Below, one piece after another: positions 10,824-22,223 of a stretch of DNA of 64,000 bases. The notes under the pieces are model-generated. The model ran no database searches and was not told the origin of the DNA. It saw only the letters and a program-made list of their open reading frames with translations. Position numbers and translations under genes: made by a program. The stretch's first letter is position 1; each line of letters starts with the position of its first letter. This DNA is from Escherichia coli (lineage in GTDB: Bacteria; Pseudomonadota; Gammaproteobacteria; Enterobacterales; Enterobacteriaceae), in the NCBI RefSeq assembly GCF_013122565.1, contig NZ_CP053258.1; one strand, 5' to 3'.

Positions 10824-10894
10824 AGCCGGGTAGGCCTGATAAGACCGTATCAGGCATCATGGCCGGATGCGGCGTTAACGCCTTATCCGGCCAC
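10824..10894. repeat. REP/BIME element between convergent ypfH and ypfN
   Basis: GCCGGGTAGGCCTGATAAGAC...GCCGGATGCGGCGTTAACGCCTTATCCGGCC. Confidence 0.8.
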
Positions 10895-10899
10895 TTAGC

Positions 10900-11100
10900 T
10901 TACTTCTTCGGTTGATCCTTTTTCGGCCAGTCGTCGTCATCGTCCCACTTATCGTTGAAATCACGATGCGGGGGAAGCTCCGGCTTGTTGGCGAGAAATT
11001 TCTTATGGTCGACGCGCTTGAGATCTTTAATCACGTTCAGCAGGACGCCTACCAAAAAGACAATCACCAGAATCCACCAATATTTAGCCAGCCAGTCCAT
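10900..11100 (-). CDS. ypfN: small membrane protein YpfN (UPF0370)
   Basis: 66 aa from [22 protein letters not shown], single TM, acidic C-terminus. Confidence 0.85.
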
Positions 11101-11127
11101 GCTTATTTCCTCTTGCAGAACCACTCA

Positions 11128-12255
11128 TCAGGCGACGAGCTGTTCCATGATACGTTGATACATACGGGCAAGTAGCTGCAGGTCGGCAGCGTTCACACAT
11201 TCATTAATTTTATGAATAGTGGCATTGACCGGCCCGAGTTCCACCACCTGCGCCCCCATGCGAGCAATAAAGCGCCCGTCGGACGTTCCGCCTGTGGTCA
11301 GTAGCTGCGGTTTAATTTCATTATAGTGCTCAACCGCGTTAACGACCGCATCCACCAGTTTACCGCGCGCGGTCAAAAATGGCTGCCCGGAAAGCCACCA
11401 ATCCACCGTATAGCGCAGTTGATGTTTTTCAAGCAGGGCAAGCACCTGCGCTTTGATCATCTCATCAGTCAGTTCGGTGCTGAAGCGGAAGTTAAACTGC
11501 ACAAACAGTTCACCCGGAATAACGTTGTTACTGCCCGTTCCCGCCTGAATATTGGCAATCTGCATACTGGTCGCCGGGAAGAATTCATTGCCCTGATCCC
11601 ACTCAATAGCCACTAATTCATTAAGGAAAGGTGCTGCGCGATGTACCGGATTGTCAGCCAGATGTGGGTAGGCCACATGCCCCTGCACGCCATGAATGGT
11701 AAGGTTGCAGGTTAATGATCCGCGACGACCATTTTTCACCACATCACCTACCACTTCGATACTCGACGGTTCGCCGACCAGGCAGTAATCGAGACGCTCA
11801 TTACGCGCCATTAACGCTTCGACGACTTTTACCGTACCGTTGTGGGCACTGGCTTCTTCATCAGAAGTGATCAGAAATGCCAGTCGCCCCGTATGGTTGG
11901 GATGTTGTGCGACAAAACGTTCTGCCGCTACCACCATCGCCGCCAGCGAGCCTTTCATATCTGCCGCACCGCGCCCGAATAACATGCCGTCACGAATGGT
12001 TGGTTCAAACGGCGGATTGATCCAACGGTCGGCGTCGCCAGGCGGCACCACGTCGGTATGCCCGGCAAAGGCTAACGTTTCACCCTGCCCACGCCATGCC
12101 CAAAAATTCTGCGTATCGGCAAAGTCCATGCGTTCAACGGTAAAACCGATCGCCTGCAAACGTTCAATCAACAAAGCCTGGCATCCTGCGTCATCAGGAC
12201 TCAGGGAAGGGCGGCGAATAAGCTGTTGTGTCAGCTCAATAACCGGGCACGACAT
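11128..12255 (-). CDS. dapE: succinyl-diaminopimelate desuccinylase
   Basis: 375 aa, [27 protein letters not shown]20 peptidase family. Confidence 0.95.
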
Positions 12256-12258
12256 AGA

Positions 12259-12633
<375 letters not shown>

Positions 12634-12995
12634 TTATGAGAATAAATACTCATTTAAGAGTGAAAACATTTTGCCTGCAAATGATTATCAGGAAATATAA
12701 CATTATCGAAGTATTCAAATTAACAACTATTAAATAATATTAAACATTTTTAACGTAAACATTAAGAATATTCATCTTGTTATCTGTCTGTATTTTAACC
12801 AGAATTAAATAAGTATTAGATGCCGTATGAATATCTCGAAATGTTGCTGTGTATCACATACAAATCATCACCGCAGGACCATAGTATTTACATAAGGTTT
12901 GTCCCCCGGAGGTAGTCATCGCAGCAATCGAGTAAATTAGCTTCACCACGGTATATTGTTTCCGTAGAATACCCATAATTATAAGAGAGGTTGTT

Positions 12996-13055
12996 ATGAT
13001 TGAACGTGAACTGGGGAACTGGAAAGACTTTATCGAAGTTATGCTTCGTAAGTAA
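12996..13055 (+). CDS. ypfM: 19-codon small protein YpfM
   Basis: ATG preceded by AGAGAGG Shine-Dalgarno; encodes MIERELGNWKDFIEVMLRK; terminator downstream. Confidence 0.6.
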   Translation: MIERELGNWKDFIEVMLRK

Positions 13056-13115
13056 TTCCTGAGACAAAGTACAAACAGCAAGAACCCGCTGAGCAGGTTC
13101 TTAATCGGAAAGTTG

Positions 13116-13148
13116 AAAAAGGCGACACATTGGCATGTCGCCTTTTTT
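13116..13148. terminator. bidirectional rho-independent terminator (ypfM / acrD)
   Basis: AAAAA-GGCGACA-loop-TGTCGCC-TTTTTT lying between ypfM stop and acrD stop. Confidence 0.75.
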
Positions 13149-13153
13149 ATTGC

Positions 13154-16100
13154 TTATTCCGGGCGCGGCTTCAGCGGGAAGCGGCGGCGCACCAGCACAA
13201 AGAACAGCGGCACGAAGTAAATAGCCAGAATAGTAGCCGAAATCATCCCGCCCATTACGCCAGTACCCACCGCATGCTGACCACCGGAACCGGCACCCGT
13301 GCTGGTTGCCATTGGCAATACGCCGAAGATAAATGCCAGCGAGGTCATCAGAATCGGGCGTAAACGCTGACGGCAGGCGTGGAGCGTCGCTTCAAACAGG
13401 TCGTGGCCTTTTTGGTTCATCTCGTTAGCAAACTCGACGATCAGGATGGCGTTTTTCGCCGATAAACCAATGACCGTTAACAGGCCCACCTGGAAGTAAA
13501 CGTCGTTTTCCAGCCCGCGCATCCAGGTTGCCAGCAGCGCGCCGATAACCCCCAGCGGCACGACCAACATTACCGAGAACGGCACCGACCAGCTTTCATA
13601 CAATGCCGCCAGACACAGGAATACCACCAGCAAGGAAATGGCGTACAGCGCCGGAGCCTGCGCGCCGGAAAGCCGCTCCTGATACGACATCGCCGTCCAC
13701 TCCAGACCAAAGCCGTTTGGCAACTGCTTCACTAACGATTCCATAATATCCATCGCCGTACCGGTACTGACCCCCGGTGCGGCTTCCCCAACAATCTCAA
13801 CCGCAGAATAACCGTTATAGCGTTCCAGACGCGGCGAGCCTGTCTCCCAGCGTGAGGTCGCGAAAGCAGAGAAGGGCACCATGCCGCCATCTTTATTTCG
13901 GACATACCAGAGATTGATGTCATCTGGCAGCATGCGATACGGCGCAGCTGCCTGCACATAGACTTTCTTCACGCGACCGCGATCCATAAAGTCATTCACA
14001 TAGCTCGAACCCCAGGCGGTTTGCAGTGTGTCGTTAATATCGTCGATAGCAACGCCCAGCGCCTGAGCTTTACGCTGGTCGATATCAATCTGCAACTGCG
14101 GACTGTCGTCGAGGCCGTTATGGCGCACACGGGTTAGCTCCGGGTTTTCCGCCGCCAGCGCCAGCAACTGGTTACGTGCTGCCATCAGCGCATCGTGACC
14201 TGCTCCAGCGTGGTCCTGCAACTCCATATCAAAACCTGCAGAACTACCAAGACCGCTAATTGCTGGCGGGCTGCTGGCGATAACGCGAGCTTCTTTAATT
14301 TGGTTAAACGCCTTTGTTGCACGCTCGATAATGGCAAACGAGGTGCCGGTCTTACTGTCGCGTTCGCTCCAGTCTTTCAGGCGGATAAACATTCGCGCCA
14401 CGTTTTGCCCGTTGCCCCCAGGGCCAGAGCCAACGGTGGCAAACACCGACATGATGTTGTCTTTTTCATGGGTGAAGTAATATTTCTCGATTTGCTCAAC
14501 GACTTTCAGGGTCTGTTGTTGGGTTGAACCGCTGGGCAATTGTACCGAGGTAGTAAACATGCCACGGTCTTCCAGCGGTAAGAACGACGTCGGCAAACGC
14601 AGGAACAGGAACACCATGCCGCCAAGCAGCAGGACATAAATCACAATCCAGCGCAGGCTACGGTGGAGAATTTTCGCCACCCCTTTTTCGTAGCGTTCGG
14701 CGTTGCGGTTAAACATCTGGTTAAACCAGGCAAAAAAGCCTTTTTGCCCGTGATGCTCACCTTTTTTCAGTGGCTTAAGTAGCGTGGCACACAGAGCCGG
14801 AGTGAGGATCATCGCTACCAGTACTGACAGCACCATCGCCGCAACAATGGTAATAGAGAACTGGCGATAGATGGCACCGGTGGTGCCGCCGAAGAAGGCC
14901 ATTGGTACAAATACCGCCGAAAGCACCATCGCAATCCCGACCAGTGCCCCCTGGATCTGCCCCATCGATTTACGTGTGGCTTCGCGAGGAGTGAGTCCTT
15001 CCTCACTCATAATACGTTCGACGTTTTCCACCACCACGATGGCATCATCCACCAGCAGACCGATCGCCAGCACCATCGCGAACATGGTTAAGGTGTTGAC
15101 GCTGTAACCGAAGGCGTAAAGTACGGAGAAGGTTCCCATCAACACCACCGGCACGGCGATAGTGGGTATCAGCGTGGCGCGGAAGTTTTGCAGGAACAGA
15201 TACATAACGAGGAAAACCAGAGCGATAGCTTCCAGCAGCGTTTTCACCACGTCTTCAATGGAGGCTTTAACAAACGAGGTGGTTTCATATGCCACCTTGT
15301 ATTCCAGTCCGTGCGGGAAATACTGCGCCAGCTCGTCGAGACGATTGAGCACCAGCTCCGCTGTCGCCATTTCGTTAGCGCCGGAGGCCAGTTTTACCCC
15401 CAGCCCGGAGGCTGGCTTACCATTGAAGCGGCTAAGATAATCGTATTTCTCCGCCCCCATTTCGACGGTGGCGACATCGCCCAGCCTTACCTCTGAGCCG
15501 TCCTGATTCACCCGCAAGGTGATATCGCGGAACTGTTCTGGTGTTTGCAGCAGTGACTGGGCGTTAATGGTGGCGTTGAGCGCCTGCTTATCGACGGAAG
15601 GTGTACCCCCAAGTTGTCCAACCGCAATCTGCGCGTTCTGTGACTCAATGGCATCAGTGACATCTTTAGCCGTCATCTGGAAACTGTTGAGTTTCGCCGG
15701 GTCCAGCCAGATACGCATGGAATATTGCGAACCATAGGCATCGATATCCCCGACGCCATTCACGCGGCTTAACGGGTCCTGAATATTACTGGCAACATAA
15801 TCAGCAATATCCTGTTTATCCATCGAACCATCGGTAGAGACGAAGGCAATGGTCAGAATGTTGGTATCGCCGGTTTTACGCACCGTCACGCCCTGATTTT
15901 GCACCGCCTGCGGTAACTTTCGCATGGCTGATTGCAGCTGGTTTTGTACTTGCTGCACGGCTTCGTCCGGATCGGTGCCTGCTTTAAAACTTAAAGTGAC
16001 AGATGCCTGACCGGTGCCACTGCTCTGAGATGACATATACATGAGATTATCGAGGCCGGTCATATTTTGCTCGATAACCTGGGTCACGGTGTTTTCCAGC

Positions 16101-16267
16101 GTCTGGGCCGATGCGCCGGGATAGTTAGCGGTCACTCGCACATTCGGTGGCGCGAGATCGGGGTATTGTTCAACGGGCAATGAAAAAATCGCCAGGGTAC
16201 CTGTCAGACACAACAGGATTGCCAGCACCCAGGCAAAAATGGGGCGATCAATAAAGAAATTCGCCAT
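13154..16267 (-). CDS. acrD: RND-family aminoglycoside/multidrug efflux pump AcrD
   Basis: 1037 aa, [21 protein letters not shown], 12-TM RND transporter architecture. Confidence 0.96.
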   Translation of the reverse strand: MANFFIDRPIFAWVLAILLCLTGTLAIFSLPVEQYPDLAPPNVRVTANYPGASAQTLENTVTQVIEQNMTGLDNLMYMSSQSSGTGQASVTLSFKAGTDPDEAVQQVQNQLQSAMRKLPQAVQNQGVTVRKTGDTNILTIAFVSTDGSMDKQDIADYVASNIQDPLSRVNGVGDIDAYGSQYSMRIWLDPAKLNSFQMTAKDVTDAIESQNAQIAVGQLGGTPSVDKQALNATINAQSLLQTPEQFRDITLRVNQDGSEVRLGDVATVEMGAEKYDYLSRFNGKPASGLGVKLASGANEMATAELVLNRLDELAQYFPHGLEYKVAYETTSFVKASIEDVVKTLLEAIALVFLVMYLFLQNFRATLIPTIAVPVVLMGTFSVLYAFGYSVNTLTMFAMVLAIGLLVDDAIVVVENVERIMSEEGLTPREATRKSMGQIQGALVGIAMVLSAVFVPMAFFGGTTGAIYRQFSITIVAAMVLSVLVAMILTPALCATLLKPLKKGEHHGQKGFFAWFNQMFNRNAERYEKGVAKILHRSLRWIVIYVLLLGGMVFLFLRLPTSFLPLEDRGMFTTSVQLPSGSTQQQTLKVVEQIEKYYFTHEKDNIMSVFATVGSGPGGNGQNVARMFIRLKDWSERDSKTGTSFAIIERATKAFNQIKEARVIASSPPAISGLGSSAGFDMELQDHAGAGHDALMAARNQLLALAAENPELTRVRHNGLDDSPQLQIDIDQRKAQALGVAIDDINDTLQTAWGSSYVNDFMDRGRVKKVYVQAAAPYRMLPDDINLWYVRNKDGGMVPFSAFATSRWETGSPRLERYNGYSAVEIVGEAAPGVSTGTAMDIMESLVKQLPNGFGLEWTAMSYQERLSGAQAPALYAISLLVVFLCLAALYESWSVPFSVMLVVPLGVIGALLATWMRGLENDVYFQVGLLTVIGLSAKNAILIVEFANEMNQKGHDLFEATLHACRQRLRPILMTSLAFIFGVLPMATSTGAGSGGQHAVGTGVMGGMISATILAIYFVPLFFVLVRRRFPLKPRPE

Positions 16268-16337
16268 TAAAAGAGGACCTCGTGTTTCTGCGTATCGTTG
16301 TAGGCTTGACTTGCTTCACTGTAGCGGCAAGGTACGA

Positions 16338-16356
16338 GCCAATCGTGGAGAAAAAA
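16338..16356 (-). promoter_or_regulatory. BaeR box upstream of acrD
   Basis: minus strand TTTTTTCTCCACGATTGGC matches BaeR consensus TTTTTCTCCATDATTGGC; about 75 nt upstream of acrD ATG. Confidence 0.6.
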
Positions 16357-16430
16357 AGGAGTTAATGTAAATTATCATGCCCTTTTATACTGAACCTTAA
16401 GTGCAAGTATTCTTTGGTCAGTAGGAGGCA

Positions 16431-18131
16431 TTACATCAACTGACTTTCCTCACCCTCCGCAGAGCGAAAGCTAATACTCACTAACGTGCCGCCGCCGGAA
16501 GGTTGTGAAAAAGTCAGCGTCCCACCTAGCCGTTCCGCGCGTTCGCGCATGATATTCAGACCATAATGACCTTCGGGTTCTTTCGGTTCACCGATACCAA
16601 TCCCGTTATCACGGATATAAACCGTGTGATTGCCGTCCGGCGCGGTGACGCAGCTAACGGCGATTTCGCTGGCGTTGGCGTGCTTCATCGCATTCAGCAC
16701 CGCTTCGCGAATAATTTGCAACAAATGCACCTGCATTTGCGCATCCAGTGCCAGGGTTGGCAGACGGCAGTCGAGGGTCAGTTTGGCGCTGGTTTGATTT
16801 TGTAACGTATCCAGCATTTCCCTCAACGCGGAGGGGAGATCCGCCTGCTGCAGCGTCAGGCGGAAAGTAGTCAACAGCTCGCGTAACTGCCGATAAGCAT
16901 CATTCAACGCCTGGGAAAAATCGGCCATGATACTTTGTGCGGTGGCGTTATCTTCCGGTATCGAACGCTTCAGTAACGTCAACTGGATACGTAAGTAAGA
17001 AAGTACCTGAGCCAGCGAGTCGTGCAGTTCGCGGGCGATGGTCGCACGTTCTTCCATCAACAATAACTGCTGAAAATGCTTCTGCGCCTGATTAAAGTAC
17101 AAACCGCGTCCCAGCATCGATGAAACACTGTTAAGCAGCGGTTCTGATGAGGAAACGTGACTATTTTGCCAGTGCAGTTCACCGTAAACCGTCTCTTGCA
17201 TTGTCACCGGTAAAATCTGCATCGGCAATTCCGGGTTTGGTTGCCCTTCGCTAATCCGCCAGTTTTCACCGACATTTAACTCCAGATATTCAGCCGCTTC
17301 ATTGTCGCGAACAATCTGCAAAATATGGCGGAAACAATGCACATCAATCTGGCTGGTGTTCAGCGCCTGCGAACATTGATACAACACCTCCAGACGACGC
17401 TTGGCCTCGTGGAGATCGCGAGTTTTTTCTTCTACCGACGCCTCCAGCGAACGGTACAATTTATGTAGCTCGCTCGACATCTGGTTAAAGGTTTTTGCAA
17501 GCAGGCCAAGCTCATTCGGCAGGCTGGTATCCAGCGGTGGCGAGTCGAACTGCCCGTGTTCAATACGCTGACTGGCGGTAACCAGCTGATTCAGCGGGGC
17601 AACCACCTGATGGCGTATGCGGCGCAAAGTAAAAAAGACCAGCGTGAAAATACCGATGCCGCCAGCCAGGGAAATCGCCACCACCAGCAGCATTTTGCGT
17701 TCAGCGTAGTGCTGTAAAGCCAGCACGAACAGGTCTATCTGATTAACATAATTATTAATATTGGCCTGATACCACGGCAAATCACCCTTGCTGAGCCGAT
17801 TATTCATCTCCAGCCAGTTGGCATTCAGATGCGCATAGCGGGTTTTTACTGCTTCTGGCACATACCAGACGTTGAGATTGGTTAATACTGGTGAATGCAG
17901 TGCCTGCTGAAATAACTGGCGATGTGCATTGAGTTGTGGACTGCCACTTTGCAAGTCGTAGCCCAGGCGGTAACTCTGCATACGCAGCGATCCGGCAATA
18001 TTGATAGCCTCAGCGTCGCGCAAACTGCTCGCCAGAGTTAGCAGAGCGATACCCGTGGAAAGAATCGACAGCAGCACAATGTAAAAAAAGGCCCGGGCCA
18101 GACTGGCCGAGACGGGTCGTTTAACAATCAC
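16431..18131 (-). CDS. narQ: nitrate/nitrite sensor histidine kinase NarQ
   Basis: 566 aa from GTG start (MIVKRPVSASLARAFFYIVLL); HAMP plus HisKA_3 plus ATPase domains. Confidence 0.92.
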   Translation of the reverse strand: MIVKRPVSASLARAFFYIVLLSILSTGIALLTLASSLRDAEAINIAGSLRMQSYRLGYDLQSGSPQLNAHRQLFQQALHSPVLTNLNVWYVPEAVKTRYAHLNANWLEMNNRLSKGDLPWYQANINNYVNQIDLFVLALQHYAERKMLLVVAISLAGGIGIFTLVFFTLRRIRHQVVAPLNQLVTASQRIEHGQFDSPPLDTSLPNELGLLAKTFNQMSSELHKLYRSLEASVEEKTRDLHEAKRRLEVLYQCSQALNTSQIDVHCFRHILQIVRDNEAAEYLELNVGENWRISEGQPNPELPMQILPVTMQETVYGELHWQNSHVSSSEPLLNSVSSMLGRGLYFNQAQKHFQQLLLMEERATIARELHDSLAQVLSYLRIQLTLLKRSIPEDNATAQSIMADFSQALNDAYRQLRELLTTFRLTLQQADLPSALREMLDTLQNQTSAKLTLDCRLPTLALDAQMQVHLLQIIREAVLNAMKHANASEIAVSCVTAPDGNHTVYIRDNGIGIGEPKEPEGHYGLNIMRERAERLGGTLTFSQPSGGGTLVSISFRSAEGEESQLM

Positions 18132-18336
18132 ACGCGTCTTCTCCACAAAAAATCATTAATGTTCCAGTTCGCTGAAACGCAATTTAGTCAGTGATGGGAT
18201 TATTTGATCTGCCACAGTTTATAGCGAAATAGTTACTTATTCTGGGCACATGAACATTGCCGATTCCCCTGTAAGTCGGGTAATAACAACACTCATATAA
18301 AGAATAAGGTTTTTACAACCAAAAAAGAAGGTCGTT

Positions 18337-20316
18337 ATGAATCGTTTTATTATGGCCAACAGTCAGCAATGTCTGGGTTGTCATGCTTGTGAAATCGCCT
18401 GTGTCATGGCTCACAATGATGAGCAACATGTCCTGAGCCAACACCATTTTCATCCCCGAATTACGGTTATCAAACATCAACAGCAACGTAGTGCAGTGAC
18501 CTGTCACCATTGTGAAGATGCGCCCTGCGCCCGTAGCTGCCCTAATGGCGCAATCAGCCACGTTGATGACAGCATTCAGGTCAATCAGCAAAAGTGTATT
18601 GGCTGTAAATCCTGCGTGGTGGCCTGTCCGTTTGGTACGATGCAAATCGTCCTGACACCCGTCGCGGCAGGAAAAGTAAAAGCCACGGCGCATAAATGCG
18701 ACCTTTGTGCAGGGCGCGAAAACGGTCCTGCCTGTGTTGAGAATTGCCCGGCGGACGCGCTGCAGCTGGTCACTGACGTCGCACTCTCCGGCATGGCGAA
18801 ATCCCGCCGCTTGCGCACCGCACGTCAGGAGCATCAACCGTGGCATGCCAGTACCGCTGCACAAGAAATGCCGGTAATGAGTAAAGTCGAACAAATGCAG
18901 GCAACGCCCGCGCGTGGCGAGCCGGATAAACTGGCGATTGAAGCGCGCAAAACCGGTTTTGATGAAATTTATCTGCCATTTCGCGCCGACCAGGCACAAC
19001 GGGAAGCCTCGCGCTGCCTTAAGTGCGGCGAGCACAGCGTTTGTGAATGGACCTGCCCGCTGCATAACCATATTCCGCAGTGGATTGAACTGGTGAAAGC
19101 CGGAAACATCGACGCCGCCGTCGAGCTTTCTCACCAGACCAACACCCTGCCGGAAATTACCGGACGCGTTTGTCCGCAAGACCGTTTGTGTGAAGGTGCC
19201 TGTACTATTCGCGATGAGCACGGCGCGGTAACTATCGGCAACATTGAACGCTATATTTCAGATCAGGCGTTGGCGAAAGGTTGGCGTCCTGACTTAAGTC
19301 ATGTCACCAAAGTGGACAAGCGGGTGGCGATTATCGGGGCAGGTCCGGCAGGGCTGGCCTGTGCGGATGTTCTGACCCGCAATGGCGTGGCGGTGACGGT
19401 GTACGATCGCCATCCAGAAATCGGTGGCTTGCTCACTTTCGGCATTCCTTCTTTCAAACTGGATAAATCCCTGCTGGCACGCCGTCGGGAAATCTTCAGC
19501 GCGATGGGGATTCACTTCGAACTCAATTGTGAAGTGGGTAAAGATGTCTCTTTGGATTCGCTTTTGGAACAATACGACGCGGTCTTCGTTGGCGTAGGCA
19601 CTTACCGTTCCATGAAAGCGGGTTTACCCAATGAAGATGCGCCGGGCGTTTATGACGCGCTGCCGTTCCTCATTGCCAACACTAAACAGGTGATGGGGCT
19701 CGAAGAGCTACCGGAAGAGCCGTTTATCAATACCGCCGGACTTAACGTCGTGGTACTGGGCGGCGGCGACACCGCGATGGACTGTGTGCGTACTGCGCTG
19801 CGCCACGGCGCGAGTAACGTCACCTGCGCTTATCGTCGTGATGAAGCTAACATGCCAGGCTCGAAGAAAGAAGTGAAGAACGCCCGCGAAGAGGGGGCCA
19901 ACTTCGAATTTAACGTCCAGCCGGTGGCGCTTGAGCTGAATGAACAAGGTCACGTCTGCGGGATTCGTTTCCTGCGCACGCGTCTTGGCGAGCCGGATGC
20001 CCAGGGGCGTCGGCGTCCAGTGCCGGTGGAAGGCAGTGAATTTGTCATGCCAGCCGACGCGGTGATTATGGCGTTTGGCTTCAATCCGCACGGGATGCCG
20101 TGGCTGGAGTCGCACGGTGTAACGGTAGACAAATGGGGCCGCATCATCGCGGATGTGGAAAGCCAGTACCGTTACCAGACCACCAATCCGAAAATCTTCG
20201 CCGGTGGCGACGCCGTGCGTGGTGCGGATCTGGTGGTTACCGCAATGGCAGAAGGACGTCATGCGGCACAGGGGATTATTGACTGGCTGGGGGTAAAATC
20301 AGTCAAATCTCACTGA
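18337..20316 (+). CDS. aegA: Fe-S / NAD(P)H-dependent oxidoreductase AegA (GltD-like)
   Basis: 659 aa; N-terminal 4Fe-4S ferredoxin motifs (CxxCxxCxxxCP repeated), C-terminal Rossmann VAIIGAGPAGL. Confidence 0.93.
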   Translation: MNRFIMANSQQCLGCHACEIACVMAHNDEQHVLSQHHFHPRITVIKHQQQRSAVTCHHCEDAPCARSCPNGAISHVDDSIQVNQQKCIGCKSCVVACPFGTMQIVLTPVAAGKVKATAHKCDLCAGRENGPACVENCPADALQLVTDVALSGMAKSRRLRTARQEHQPWHASTAAQEMPVMSKVEQMQATPARGEPDKLAIEARKTGFDEIYLPFRADQAQREASRCLKCGEHSVCEWTCPLHNHIPQWIELVKAGNIDAAVELSHQTNTLPEITGRVCPQDRLCEGACTIRDEHGAVTIGNIERYISDQALAKGWRPDLSHVTKVDKRVAIIGAGPAGLACADVLTRNGVAVTVYDRHPEIGGLLTFGIPSFKLDKSLLARRREIFSAMGIHFELNCEVGKDVSLDSLLEQYDAVFVGVGTYRSMKAGLPNEDAPGVYDALPFLIANTKQVMGLEELPEEPFINTAGLNVVVLGGGDTAMDCVRTALRHGASNVTCAYRRDEANMPGSKKEVKNAREEGANFEFNVQPVALELNEQGHVCGIRFLRTRLGEPDAQGRRRPVPVEGSEFVMPADAVIMAFGFNPHGMPWLESHGVTVDKWGRIIADVESQYRYQTTNPKIFAGGDAVRGADLVVTAMAEGRHAAQGIIDWLGVKSVKSH

Positions 20317-20383
20317 TAGCCTGCGCAGACAAACCCGACTTCACAGCGTAAGATAATTGTTCATTTCGCGCTGTGGAGTCGGT

Positions 20384-20959
20384 ATGACGCAACAAATCAC
20401 CCTCATTAAAGACAAAATTCTCTCCGATAACTATTTCACCCTGCACAACATTACCTACGATCTCACGCGCAAAGATGGCGAAGTTATCCGCCATAAACGT
20501 GAAGTTTACGATCGCGGTAATGGTGCGACGATCCTCCTGTACAACGCGAAGAAAAAGACCGTGGTTCTGATTCGTCAGTTCCGTGTCGCTACCTGGGTTA
20601 ATGGCAATGAAAGCGGGCTGCTGATTGAAACCTGCGCCGGGCTGCTGGATAACGACGAACCGGAAGTGTGCATTCGCAAAGAAGCGATTGAAGAGACGGG
20701 CTATGAAGTGGGCGAAGTGCGCAAATTATTTGAACTGTATATGTCGCCTGGCGGTGTGACTGAGCTAATCCACTTTTTTATCGCCGAATACAGTGACAAT
20801 CAGCGCGCTAACGCCGGTGGCGGTGTCGAAGATGAAGATATTGAAGTGCTCGAGCTGCCGTTCAGCCAGGCGCTGGAGATGATCAAAACCGGCGAGATAC
20901 GTGACGGTAAGACGGTGTTATTGCTTAACTATTTGCAAATGTCACATTTAATGGACTGA
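20384..20959 (+). CDS. nudK: GDP-mannose pyrophosphatase NudK (Nudix hydrolase)
   Basis: 191 aa from [21 protein letters not shown]; Nudix box region; ORF-track extension rejected. Confidence 0.9.
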   Translation: MTQQITLIKDKILSDNYFTLHNITYDLTRKDGEVIRHKREVYDRGNGATILLYNAKKKTVVLIRQFRVATWVNGNESGLLIETCAGLLDNDEPEVCIRKEAIEETGYEVGEVRKLFELYMSPGGVTELIHFFIAEYSDNQRANAGGGVEDEDIEVLELPFSQALEMIKTGEIRDGKTVLLLNYLQMSHLMD

Positions 20960-21084
20960 AAAATAACAATAATATTTCGTTGTTTATTATTGGCTCAATC
21001 CGACAAATCCGATTGAGCCGCGCTACCTGCGCAACGAAGATACGACTTGTGCTGTTTGTTTGAACTTCTGGGGTCGTACCGTCC

Positions 21085-22128
21085 ATGCGCTATCGCATTT
21101 TCCTTCTCTTTTTTTTCGCTTTGTTGCCGACGTCTTTGGTGTGGGCGGCACCAGCGCAACGGGCGTTTTCCGACTGGCAGGTCACCTGTAATAACCAAAA
21201 CTTCTGCGTGGCGCGTAATACGGGCGATCATAATGGACTGGTGATGACCCTGAGCCGCAGCGCCGGGGCGCATACCGATGCCGTTTTACGTATTGAGCGC
21301 GGCGGGTTGAAGTCGCCGGATGCGTCTGAAGGGGAAATTGCGCCACGGCTGCTGTTAGATGGCGAGCCGTTGGCGTTAAGTGGTGACAAGTGGCGGATTT
21401 CACCATGGTTACTAGTAACCGATGATACGGCAACCATCACCGCGTTTTTGCAGCTGATTCAGGAAGGGAAGGCAATCACCTTACGCGATGGCGATCAGAC
21501 CATTTCTCTGAGTGGCTTAAAAGCAGCGTTGTTGTTTATTGATGCTCAGCAAAAGCGCGTTGGCAGTGAAACCGCGTGGATCAAGAAAGGGGACGAACCG
21601 CCGCTCAGCGTACCGCCCGCGCCTGCGCTGAAAGAGGTCGCGGTGGTTAATCCAACGCCGACACCACTCTCACTCGAAGAACGTAACGATTTGCTGGATT
21701 ATGGAAACTGGCGGATGAATGGTCTGCGCTGCTCGCTTGATCCATTGCGTCGAGAGGTGAATGTCACTGCGCTGACTGATGATAAAGCGCTGATGATGAT
21801 TAGCTGTGAGGCAGGGGCCTATAACACCATTGATTTGGCATGGATTGTGTCGCGTAAAAAGCCGCTGGCCTCGCGCCCGGTTCGGTTGCGTTTGCCGTTC
21901 AACAACGGTCAGGAGACGAATGAACTGGAACTGATGAACGCAACATTTGATGAGAAATCGCGTGAGCTGGTGACCTTAGCGAAAGGGCGCGGATTAAGCG
22001 ATTGTGGCATTCAGGCGCGCTGGCGCTTTGACGGTCAGCGTTTTCGCCTGGTGCGTTACGCCGCAGAACCCACCTGCGATAACTGGCATGGGCCAGACGC
22101 CTGGCCCACGCTGTGGATCACCCGTTAA
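21085..22128 (+). CDS. ypfG: DUF1176 periplasmic protein YpfG
   Basis: 347 aa, signal peptide MRYRIFLLFFFALLPTSLVWA. Confidence 0.88.
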   Translation: MRYRIFLLFFFALLPTSLVWAAPAQRAFSDWQVTCNNQNFCVARNTGDHNGLVMTLSRSAGAHTDAVLRIERGGLKSPDASEGEIAPRLLLDGEPLALSGDKWRISPWLLVTDDTATITAFLQLIQEGKAITLRDGDQTISLSGLKAALLFIDAQQKRVGSETAWIKKGDEPPLSVPPAPALKEVAVVNPTPTPLSLEERNDLLDYGNWRMNGLRCSLDPLRREVNVTALTDDKALMMISCEAGAYNTIDLAWIVSRKKPLASRPVRLRLPFNNGQETNELELMNATFDEKSRELVTLAKGRGLSDCGIQARWRFDGQRFRLVRYAAEPTCDNWHGPDAWPTLWITR

Positions 22129-22146
22129 ACAAAATAGCGGGGACAT

Positions 22147-22218
22147 GTAGACCGGATAAGACGCTGTAGGCCGGATAAGACGCGTCAGCGTCGCATCCGG
22201 CAATCAGCATCCGGCGAT
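22147..22218. repeat. REP/BIME element between ypfG and tktB
   Basis: CCGGATAAGACGCTGTAGGCCGGATAAGACGCG...CGCATCCGGC. Confidence 0.8.
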
Positions 22219-22223
22219 CACCA

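Noticed and set aside
12854-13081. 75-aa minus-strand ORF in the yffB-acrD spacer
   Set aside because: AT-rich intergenic DNA, no ribosome-binding site, overlaps the better-supported ypfM small ORF and the acrD terminator
18313-19221. 302-aa ORF antisense to aegA
   Set aside because: Entirely within aegA on the opposite strand; no start-site context or domain signal; typical antisense artefact
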